A stretch of DNA of 64,000 nt, taken from the human T2T-CHM13v2.0 reference genome, Homo sapiens. A program made the position numbers and the translations under genes. This document shows, piece by piece, positions 44,360 through 59,813 of the stretch (its first letter is position 1; every line of letters starts with the position of its first letter). Below the pieces are notes generated by a model that saw nothing but the letters and a program-made list of their open reading frames with translations, had not been told where the DNA came from and did no database searches. The stretch lies in NCBI RefSeq assembly GCF_009914755.1, contig NC_060938.1; one strand, written 5' to 3'.

Positions 44360-45375
44360 ATGGGGAAAAAACAGAACAGAAAAACGGGAAACTCTCAAAT
44401 GCAGAGCGCCTCTCCTCCTCCAAAGGAACGCAGTTCCTCACCAGCAACGGAACAAAGCTGGATGGAGAATGACTTTGACGAGCTGAGAGAAGAAGGCTTC
44501 AGACGATCAAATTACTCTGAGCTATGGGAGGACATTCAAACCAAAGGCAAAGAAGTTGAAAACTTTGAAAAAAATTTAGAAGAGTGTATAACTAGAATAA
44601 CCAATACAGAGAAGTGCTTAAAGGAGCTGATGGAGCTGAAAACCAAGGCTCGAGAACTACGTGAAGAATGCAGAAGCCTCAGGAGGTGATGCGATCAACT
44701 GGAAGAAAGGGTATCAGCAATGGAAGATGAAATGAATGAAATGAAGCGAGAAGGGAAGTTTAGAGAACAAAGGATAAAAAGAAATGAGCAAAGCCTCCAA
44801 GAAATATGGGACTATGTGAAAAGACCAAATCTACGTCTGATTGGTGTACCTGAAAGTGACGCGGAGAATGGACCAAGTTGGAAAACACTCTGCAGGATAT
44901 TATCCAGAAGAACTTCCCCAATCTAGCAAGGCAGGCCAACGTTCAGATTCATGAAATACAGAGAACGCTAAAAAGATACTCCTCAAGAAGAGCATCTCCA
45001 AGACACATAATTGTCAGATTCACCAAAGTTGAAATGAAGGAAAAAATGTTAAGGGCAGCCAGAGAGAAAGGTCGGGTTACCCTCAAAGGGAAGCCCATCA
45101 GACTAACAGTGGATCTCTCTGCAGAAACCCTACAAGCCAGAAGAGAGTGGGGGCCAATATTCAACATTCTTAAAGAAAATAATTTTCAACCCAGAATTTC
45201 ATATCCAGCCAAACTAAGCTTCATAAGTAAAGGAGAAATAAAATACTTTACAGACCAGCAAATGCTGAGAGATTTTGTGACCAGCAGGCCTGCCCTAAAA
45301 GAGCTCCTGAAGGAAGCGCTAAACATGGAAAGGAACAACTGGTACCAGCCGCTGCAAAATCATGCCAAAATGTAA
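44360..45375 (+). pseudogene. L1 ORF1 (ORF1p RNA-binding/chaperone protein), disrupted
   Basis: Reads MGKKQNRKTGNS…PLQNHAKM*. It has a nonsense TGA at 44,687-44,689 (CGA>TGA type) and a 1-bp deletion frameshift near 44,871. The span is 1,016 nt against the canonical 1,017. Confidence 0.95.
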
Positions 45376-45438
45376 AGACCATCGAGACTAGGAAGAAACT
45401 GCATCAACTAACGAGCAAAATCCCCAGCTAACATCATA

Positions 45439-49265
<3,827 letters not shown>

Positions 49266-49308
49266 ACAATGAGATCACATGGACACAAGAAGGGGAATAT
49301 CACACTCT

Positions 49309-49342
49309 GGGGACTGTGGTGGGGTTGGGGGAGGGGGGAGGG
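49309..49342 (+). other. L1 3'UTR G-rich tract (G-quadruplex-capable)
   Basis: GGGGACTGTGGTGGGGTTGGGGGAGGGGGGAGGG contains at least four runs of three or more G. Confidence 0.75.
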
Positions 49343-49484
49343 ATAGCATTGGGAGATATACCTAATGTTAGATGACGAGTTAGTGGGTGCAGCGCACCAG
49401 CATGGCACATGTATACATATGTAACTAACCTGCACAATGTGCACATGTACCCTAAAACTTAAAGTATAATAATAATAAAAAAAA

Positions 49485-52400
49485 TGCACTGAAACATTCT
49501 GAGAAACTTCTTTGTGATGTGTGCATTCATATCACAGGTTTGAACCTAACTTATGATTGAGCAGTTTTGAAACACTCTTTTTGTGGAATCTGCAAGTAAA
49601 TGTTTGGAGCGGTTTGAGGCCTATTGTAGAAAAGGAAATATCAACAAATAAATACTACACAGAAGCATTCAGAAAAACTTCTTTGTTGTGAGTGCATTCA
49701 TCACACAGATTTGAACCTTTCCTTTGACTGAACAGTTTTGAGACACTCTTTTTGCAGAATCTGCAAGTGCATATTTTAGGACTTTGAGGACAGTTGTGGA
49801 AAAGGAAATATCTTCACATAAACACTACACAGAAGCTTTCTGAGACACTTCTTCGTGATGTGTGCATTCACCTCACTGGGTTGTACCTGTCTTATGATTG
49901 AGCAGTTTAGAACCGCTGTTTTTGTAGAATATGCAAGTGTATATTTGGAGCACATTGGGGCCTACCGTGGAAAAGGAAATATGTTCACATAAAAACTACA
50001 CAGAAGCATTCTGAGAAACTTCTTTTTGATGTGTGCATTCATTTCACAGAGATGAACCTTTCTTTTGATTGAGCAGTTTTGAAACACTATATTTGTAGAA
50101 TCTACAAGTGGATATTTGGAGAGCTTTGAGTCCTATTTTGGAAAAGGAAATATCTTCACATAAAAACTACACAGAAGCATTCTGAGAAACTTCTTTGTGA
50201 GGTGTGCATTCAACTCACGGATTTGAACTTTTCTCTTCATTGAGCACTTTTGAATCTCTCTTTTTCTAGAATCTGCAAGTGGATATTTGGAGCTCTTTGC
50301 ACCCTGTGTTGGAAAAGGAAATATCTTCAAATAAAAACTACACATAAGCATTCTGAGAAACTTCTTTGTGTTGAGTGCATTCATCACACAGAGTTGAACG
50401 TTTCCTTTGATTGAGCAGTTTTGAAACGCTCTTTTCGTAGAATCTGGAAGTGGATATTTGGAGGGCTTTGAGGCCAATTTTGGAAAAGAAAATATCTTCA
50501 CATAAAAATTACACATAGACATTCTGAGAAACTTCTTTTTTATTTGTGCATTCAACTCACAGAGTTGAATCTATCTTTTGATTGAGCCGTTTGGAATCTC
50601 TCTTTTGTAGAATCTGCTAGTGAATATTTGGAGACCTTTGTGCCCTATTGTGGAAAAGGAAATATCTTCAAATAAAAACTACACGGAAGAATTCTGGGAA
50701 ACTTCTTTGTGATGTGTGCATTCAGGTGACACGTTTGAACCTATCTTATGATTGAGCAGTTTTCAATCTCTCTTTTTGTAGAATATGCAAGTGGATATTT
50801 GGAGCCCTTTGCACCCTATGGTTGAAAAGGAAACATCTTCAAATACAAACTACACAGAAGCATTCAGAGAAACACCTTTGTGATGACTGCATTGATCACA
50901 AAGAGTTTAAAGTTTCTTTTGACTGAGCAGTTTTGATACACTCTTTTTGTAGAAACTCAAAGTAACTATTTGGAGGGCTTTAAGGCCTATTTTGGGAAAG
51001 GATATATCTTAACATAAAAACTGCACAGAATTATTCTGAGAAACTCCTTTGTTATGTGTGCATTCAACACACAGAGTTGAGCCTATCTTTTGATTGAGCA
51101 GTTTTCAATCTCTCTTTTTGCAGAATCTGCAAGTGGATATTTGTAGCACTTTGAGGCCTACTGTGGAAAAGCAAATATCTTCAAATAAAAACTACACAGA
51201 AGCATTCTGAGAAACTTTTTTGTGAGGTGTGCATTCAACCCACAGACTCGAATCTTTCTTTTGATTGAGCAGTTTTCAATCTTTCTGCAGAATCTGCAAG
51301 TGGATATTTGGAGTGCTTTGTGGCCTATTGTGGAAAAGGAAATATCTTCAAATAAATACTACACAGAAGAATTCTGGGAAACTACTTTATGATGTATACA
51401 TTCAGCTCACAAGTTTGAACCTATCTTATGATTGAGCAGTTTTGAATCTCTCTTTTTGTAGAATCTGAAAGTGGATATTTGGAGCCCTTGCATCCCATGG
51501 GGGAAAAGGAAATATCTTCAAATAAAAACTGCACAGCAGCATTCAGAGGAACTCCTTTGTGATGAGTGCATTCATCACAAAGAGTTCAAAGTTTCTTTTG
51601 ATTGAGCAGTTTTGAAACACTCTTTTTGTAGAATCTCGAAGTAGCTATTTGGAGGGCTTTGAGGCCTATTTTGGAAAAGGATATATCTTAACATAAAAAC
51701 TACACATAATTATTCTGAGAAACTACTGTGTTATGTGTGCATTCAACACACAGAGTTGAACCTATCTTTTGATTGGGCAGTTTTGAATCTCTCTTTTTGC
51801 AGAATCTGCAGGTCGATATTTGTAGCGTTCTGAGACCTACTGTGGAAAAGCAAATATCTTCAAATAAAACTACACAGAAGCATTCTGAGAAACTTTTTTG
51901 TGAGGTGTGCATTCAACTCACAGAGTCAAACCGATCTTTTGATTGGGCAGTTTTGAATCTCTCTTTTTGCAGAACCAGCAAGTGGATATTTGGAGTGCTT
52001 TGAGGCCTATAGTGGAAAAGGAAATATCTTCACATAAAAACTACACAGAGGCATTCTGAGAAACTTCCTTGTGATGTGTGCATTCAACTCACAGAGTTGA
52101 ACCTATCTTTTGATTGAGCAGTTTAGAATCTCTCTTTTTGCAGAATCTGCAATTGGATATTTGGAGCGATTTGAAGCCTATTGTGGAAAAGGAAATATCT
52201 TCACATAAAAACTACACAGAGGCATTCTGAGAAAACACTTTGTGATGTGTGCATTCAACTCACAGAGTTGAACCTATCTTTTGATTGAGCAGTTTTGAAT
52301 CTCTCTTTTTGTAGCATCTGCAGGTGGATATTTGGAGCCCTTTGTGGCCTACAGTGGAAAAGAAAATATCTTCAAATAAAAACAACACAGAATCATTCCG

Positions 52401-52690
52401 GGAAACGTTTTTGTGATGAGTGCATTCATCCCAAAGGGTTGAATCTTTCTATTGACTGAGTAATTTGGAAACACTCTTTTTGTAGAATCTGAAAGTGGAT
52501 ATTTGAAAAGCTTTGTGGTCTATTTTGGAAAAGGAAATATCTTCAGATAAAAACTACACAGAAGCTTTCTGGGAAACTTCATTGTTAGATGTGCATTCAA
52601 GTCACAGATTTTAACCTATCTTTTGATAGAGCAGTTTTGAAACTCTCTTTTTGTAGAATCCGCAAGTGGATATTTGGAGCTTTTTGTGGC
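49485..52690 (+). repeat. Alpha satellite, diverged monomeric layer (AAAACTACACAGAAGCATTC type), about 19 monomers
   Basis: 171-bp periodicity and the same monomer type as 42,550-43,452. No CENP-B box seen. Confidence 0.93.
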
Positions 52691-55600
52691 CTATGTTAGA
52701 AAATGAAATACTCTCACATAAAATCTATACAGAAACTATCTGAGAAATCTGTTTGTGATGTGTGCGTTCATCTCAAAGAGTTGAACCTTTCTTTTGATTG
52801 AGCAGTTTGGAAACACTCTTTTTGTAGAATGTGCAAGTGGACATTTGGAGCGCCTTGTGGCCTATGGTAGAAAAGGAAATATCTTCACATAAAATCTAGA
52901 CACAAGCAATCTGAGAAACTTCTTTGTGATGTGTGCATTCATCTCACAGAGTGAAATCTTTCTTTTGATAGAGCAGTTTTGAAACACTCTTTTTGCAGAA
53001 TCTGCAAGTGGACATTTGGAGCGCTTTGTGGTCTTTGGTGGAAAAGGAAATATCTTCACATAAAATCTAGAAAGAAGCAATCTGAGAAACTTCTTTGTGA
53101 TGTGTGCGTTCATCTCACAGAGTTGATCTTTTCTTGATGGAGCAGATTTGGAACTCTCTTTTTGTAGTATCTGCAAGTGGAAAATGGGAGTGCCCTATGG
53201 CCTTTTGTGGAAAATAAATTATCTTCACTTAAAAACTACACAGGAGAATTCTGAGAAACTTCTTTGTGATGTGTGCATTCATCTCACTGAGTTGAAACTT
53301 TTTTTTGATTGAACAGTGTGGAAACACTCTTTTTGTTGAATCTGCAAGTGGACATTTGGAGTACTTTTTAGCATATGGTAGAAAAAGAAATATCCTCACA
53401 TAAAATCTATACAGAAGCAATCTGTGAAACTTCTTTGTAATGTGTGCATTCATCTCACAGAGTTAAAAATTTCTTTTGATAGAGCAATTTTGAAACTCTC
53501 TTTTGTAGAATCTGCAAGTGAGCATTTGGAGCACTTAAAGGCCTATGGTGGAAAAGGAAATATCTTCACATAAAAACTAGACAGAAGAATTCTGAGAAAC
53601 TTCTTTGTGATTTGTGGCTTCATCTCACAGAGTTGAACCTTTCTTTTGATTGAGCAGTTTGGAAACACTATTTTGTACAATCTGCAAGTGGATATTTGGA
53701 ACGCTTTGCGGCCTAAAGTAGAAAAGGAAATATCTTTACATAAAATCTAGAAAGAAGCAATCTGAGAAACTTATTTGTGATGTGTGCATTCATCTCACAG
53801 AGTTAAACCTTTCCTTTGATTGAAAAGTCTTGAACTCTCTTTTTGAAGGATCTGCAAGAGGACATTTGTAGCACTTTGCGGCCGACGTTAGAAAAGGAAA
53901 TATCTTCACATAAAATCTAGACAGAAGCAATCTGAGGAACTTCTTTGTAATGTGTGCATTCATCTCACAGAGGTAACTCTCTCTTTTGTCTGAGCAGTTC
54001 TGAAACTCTCTTTTGTTGAATCTGCAAGATGACATTTGGGACGCTTTGACGCCAATAGTGGAAAAGGAAATATCTTCACATAAAAACTAGATAGAAGGAT
54101 TCTGAGAAAGTTTTTGTGATATGCACAATCATCTCCCAGAGTCGAACCTTTCCATTGATGGACCAGTTTTGAAACACTCTTTGTTTAGAATCTGCAAGTG
54201 GACATTTCAAGCGCCTTGAGGCCTGTGGTGGAAAATGAAATATCTTCACATAAAAACTAGACAGAAGAATTCTGAGAAACTTCTTGGTGATGTGTGCATT
54301 CGTCTCACAGAGTTGAACCTTTCTTTTGATTTAGCAGTATGGAAACACTCTTTTTGTATAATTTGTAAGTGAATATTTGGAGCACTTTGCAGCCAATGGC
54401 AGAAAATTTAATATCTTCACATAAAATCTGACAGAAGCAACCTGAAAATCTTCTTTGTGATGTGTGCATTCACCTCAAAGAGCTAAACCTTTCTTTTGAT
54501 TGTGGAGTTTTGAAATTCTCTTTTTGTAGAATCTGAAAGTGGATATTTGGAGGGCTTTGTGGCCTATGGTGGAAAAGGAAATATCCTCACATAAAAACTA
54601 AGCAGATGTATACAGATAAATATCTTTGTGATGTCTGCATTCATCTCATAGAGGTAAGCCTTTCTTTTGACTGAGCAGTTTGGAAACAAACTTTTTTGAG
54701 AATCCACAAGTGGACATTTTGTGCGCTTTGTGGCCTATTGTAGAAAAGGAAATATCTTCACATAAAATCTAGACAGAAGCAATCTGAGCAATTTCTTTGT
54801 GATGTGTGCATTCATCTCACAGAGTTGAATCTTTCTTTTGATTGAGCAGTTTGGAAACACTCTTTTTGTAGGATCTGCAAGTGGACATTAGGAGCACTTT
54901 GAAGCCTATGGTAGAAAAGGAAATATCTTCACATAAAATCTAGACAGAAGCAATCTGAAAATCTTCTTTGTGATGTGTGCATTCATCTGACAGAGTTAAA
55001 ACTTTTCTTTTGATAGATTAGTTTTGAAACTGTCTTTTTATAGAATCTGCATGTGGACATTTGGAGCGTTTTGAGATCTATTGTGGAAAAGGAAACATCT
55101 TCACATGAAAACTAGAGAGAAGAATTCTGAGAAACTTCTTTGTGATGTGTGCGTTCATCTCAGAGTTGAACGTGTCTTTTGAGGGAGCATTTTGGAAACA
55201 CTCTTTTTTTCAAAACTGCATGTAGACACTTGGAGCGATTTGCAGCCTATGGCAGAAAAGGAAATATCTTCACATAAAATCTAGACAGAACAAATCTGAG
55301 AAACTTCTTTCTGATGTGTGCATTCATCTCAGAGAGTTAAACCTTTCTTTTGATTGAGGTGTTTTGAAACTCTCTGTTTGTAGAATCTGCAAGTGGACAT
55401 TTTGAACGATTTGAGGCCTATAGTGGGAAAGGAAATATCTCCACATAAAAACTAGACAGAAGAATTCTTAGAAACTTCTTCATGATGTGGGCGTTCATCT
55501 CACAGAGTTGAAGCTTTCTTTTGTTGAGCAACTTGGAAACATTCTTTTTGTAGAATCTGCAAGTGCACATTTGGAACGCTTTGCGGCCTGTGGTAGAAAA

Positions 55601-58600
55601 GGAAATATCTTCACATAAAATCTAGACAGAAGTAATCTGAGAAACCTCTTTGTGATATGTGCACTCACCTCACAGAGTTTAACCATTCTTTTGTTTAAGC
55701 AGTTTTGAAACTCTTTTTGCAGAATCTGCAAGTGGACGTTTGGAGTGCTTTGAGGCCTATGGTGGAAAAGGAAATATCTTTACATAAAAACTAGAAAGAA
55801 GAGTTCTGAGACAATACTTTCTGATGTGTGCATTTATCTCACAGAGTTGGACCTTTCTTTTGATTGAGTAGTTTGGAAACACTCTTTTTGTAGAATCTAC
55901 AAGTGGACATTTGGAGCACTTTGCAGCCTGCGGTAGAAAAGGAAATATCTTCACATAAAAACTAGACAGAAGATTTCTGAGAAACTTCTTTGTGTTGTGT
56001 GCATTAATCTCACAGAGGTAAATCTTTCTTTTGATTGAGCAGTTTTGCAACTCTCTTTTTGTAGAATCTGCAAGTGGACATTTGGAGGGCTTTGAGGACT
56101 AAGGTGGAAAAGGAAATATCTTCACATAAAAACTAGACAGAAGAATTCTGAAAAACTTCTTTGCGATGTGTGCATTCATCTCACAGGATTGAACCTTTCT
56201 TTTCATTGAGCAGTTTTGAAACACTCTTTTTGTAGAATCTGCAAGTGGATATTTCGAGAACCTTGAGGCCTATGGTAGAAAAGGGAATATCTTCACATAA
56301 AAACTAGACAGAAGAATTCAGAGAAACTTCTTTGTGATGTATGCGTTCATCTCACAGAGTTGAACCTTTCTTTTGGTGGTGCAGTTTGGAAACACTCTTT
56401 ATGTAGGATCTGCAGGTGGACATTGGGAGCACTTTGTGGCCTATGGTAGAAAAGGAAATATCTTCATATAAAATCTAAACAGAAGCAGTCTGAGAAACTT
56501 CTTGGTGATGTAGGCATTCATATCACAGAGGTAAACTTTTCTTTTGATTGAGCAGTTTTGAAACACTCTTTTTGTAGAATCTGCAAGTGAACTTTTGGAG
56601 CACTTTGATGCCTATGGTGGAAAGTTAATATCTTCACATAAATCTAGACAGAAGAATTCTGAGAAACTTCTTTGTGATGTGGGGGTTCATCTCACGTAGT
56701 TGTACCTTTCTTTTGATTAAGCAGTTTGTAAACACTCTATTTTTAGAATCTGCAAGTGGACAATTGAAGCGATTTGCATGCAGCCTATGGTAGAAAAAGG
56801 AAATATCTTCACATGAAATCTAGACAGAAGCAACCTGAGAAACTATATTGTAATGTGTGCATGCATCTCAGAGAGTTAAACATTTCTTTTGATTGAGCAG
56901 TTTTTAAACTCTCTTTTTGTAGGATCTGCAATTCAACATCTGGAGCGCTTTGACGCCTATGGTGGAAAAGAAAATATCTTCACATAAAAACTAGACAGAA
57001 GAATTCTGAGAAACTACTTTGTGATGGGTGCGTTCATCTCACAGCGTTGAACTTTTCTTTTGATTGAGCAGTTGTGAAACACTATTTTTGGAGAATCTGC
57101 AAGGGAAATTTGAAGAGCTTAGAGACCTATGGTTGAAAAGGAAATGTCTTCACATAAAAACTACATAGAATCATTCTGAGACCTTCTTAGTGATGTGTGC
57201 ATTCATCTCCCAGAGTTGAAACTTTCTTTTGATGGACCTGTTTGGAAATACTTTTTTGTAGAATCTGCATGTGGACTTTTCGAGTGCCTTGACGCCTATG
57301 GTGGAAAATGAAATTTCTACACATAAACACTAGACAGAAGAATTCTGAGAAACTTCTTTGTGATGTGTGTGTTCATCTCACAGAGTTGAACATTTCTTTT
57401 GATTGAGCAGTTTGAAAACACTCATTTTGTAGGATCTGCAAGTGGAGATTTGGAGCGCTTTGCAGCCTATGGTAGAAAAGGAAATATCTTCACATAAAAT
57501 CTAGACAGAAACAATCTGAGAAACTTCTTTGTGATGAGAACATTCATCTCACAGAGTTAAACCTTACTTTAGATTGAGCAGTTTTGAAAATCTCTTTTTG
57601 CAGAATCTGCAAGTGGACATTTGGAGCACTTTGAGGCCTATGGTCTGAAAAGAAATACCTTTACATGAAAACAAGATAGAAGAATTCTGAGAAACTTCTT
57701 TGTGATGTGTGCGTTCATCTCACAGAGTTGAAACTTTCTTTTGATTCAGCAATTTGGAAACACTCTTTTTGTAGAATCTGCAAGTGGACATTTGGAACGC
57801 TTTGGGGCCCATGGTGGAAAAGGAAATATCTTCACATAAACACTAGGCAGAAGAATTCTGAGAAACATCTTTGTGATGTGTGCATTCAATTGACAGAGTT
57901 GAATCTTTGTTTGAGCAGTTTGGAAACACTCTTTTTATAGAATCTACTTTTGGACATTTGGAGCGCTTTGTGACCTATGGTAGAAAAGGAAATATCTTCA
58001 CATAAAATCTAGACAAAAGCAATCTGAGAAACTTCCTTGTGATGTGTGCATTCATCTCATAGAGTTAAACCCTTCTTTTGACTAAGCAGTTTTGAAACTC
58101 TCCTTTTGTAGAATCTGGAAGTGGACATTTAGAGCACTTTGAGGCCTATTGTGGAAAAGGGAATATCTTCACATAAATACTAGACAGAAGAATTCTGAGA
58201 AACTTTTTGCGATGTGTGCATTACCTCACAGAGTAGAACCTTTCTTTTGATTGAGCAGTTTGGAAACACTCTTTTTGTAGACTCTGCACGTAGATATTTG
58301 GAGCACCTTGTGGCCCGTGTTAGAAAAGGAAATATCCTCACATAAAATCTAGACCGAAGCAATCTGGGAAAGTTCTTTGTGATGTGTGCATTCATAACAC
58401 AGAGGTAAACCTTTCTTTTGATTGAACAACTTTTTTTCTTTTGATTGAACAACTTTTTGATTGTACAGAGTTTGATTTGAAACTCTCTTTTTGTAGAATC
58501 TGCAAGTGGACATTTACAGAGCTTTGAGATCTACTGTGGAAAAGGAAATATCTTCACATAAATACTAGACAGAAGAATTCTGAGAAACCTCTTTGTGATG

Positions 58601-59811
58601 TGTGCATTACCTCACAGAGTTGAACCTTTCTTTTGATTGAGCAGTTTGGAAACAGTCTTTTTGTAGAATATGCAAGTGGACATTTTGAGCACCTTGCAGC
58701 CATGTTAGAAAGGGAAGTATCTTCACATAAAATCTAGACAGAAGCAATCTGAGAAAGTTCTTTGTGATGTGTGCATTCATAACACAGAGGTAAACCTTTC
58801 TTTTGTTTGAATAGTTTTGAAACTCTCTTTTTGTGGAATCTGCAAGTGGACATTTACAGCGCTTTGAGGCCTATTGTGGAAAAGGAAATATCTTCACATA
58901 AATACTAGACAGAAGAATTCTGAGAAACTTCTTTGTGATGTGTGCATTACCTCACAGAGTTGAACCTTTCTTTTGATTGAGCAGTTTGGAAACACTCTTT
59001 TTGTAGAATCTGCAAGTGGACATTTGGAGCACCTTGTGGCCCATGTTAGAAAAGGAAGTATCTTCACATAAAATCTAGACAGAAGCAATCTGAGAAACAT
59101 CTTTGTGATGTGGGCATTCATCTCACAGTGTTAAATACTTGTTTTGATTGAGAAATTTTTAGACTCTCTTTTTGTAGAATATGCAAGTGAACATTTGAAG
59201 AGCTTTGAGGACTATGGTGGAAAAGGAAATATTTTCACATAAAAACTAGACAGAAAAATTCTGAGAAACTTCCTTGTTATGTGTAAGTTCATCTCACCGA
59301 GTTGAATCTTTTGATACAGCAGTTTGGAAACACTCTTCTTATAGATTCTTATAGATTCTGCTAGCGGACATTTGAGTACTTTGCTGCATATGGCAGAAAA
59401 GGTAATATCTTCACGTAAAATCTATACAGAAGCAATCTGAGAAACACCTTTGTGATGTGTTCCTTCAACTCAAGGAGTTAAACATTTCTTTTGATTGAGG
59501 AGTTTCGAAACTCTCTTTTTGTCGAATCTGCAAGTGAACATTTGGAGCGCTTTGGGGCACATGGTGGAAAAGGAAATATCTTCACATAAAAAATAGGCAG
59601 AAGAATTCTGAGAAACTTCTTTGTGATGTGTGCATTCATTTCACAGAATTGAGTCTTTTCTTTGATTGAGCAGTTTGGAAACACTCTTTTTATAGAATCT
59701 ACTTTTGGATATTTGGAGCGCCTTGCGGCCTATGGTAGAAAAGGAAATATCTTCACATAAAATCTAGACAAAAGCAATCTGAGAATCTTCTTTGTGATGT
59801 GTGCATTCATC
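52690..59811 (+). repeat. Alpha satellite, diverged dimer-like layer, about 41 monomers
   Basis: Largely alternating monomer signatures: GTAGAAAAGG…AAATCTAGACAGAAGCAATC and GTGGAAAAGG…AAAACTAGACAGAAGAATTC. GGACATTTGG replaces GGATATTTGG. Confidence 0.88.
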
Positions 59812-59813
59812 CA

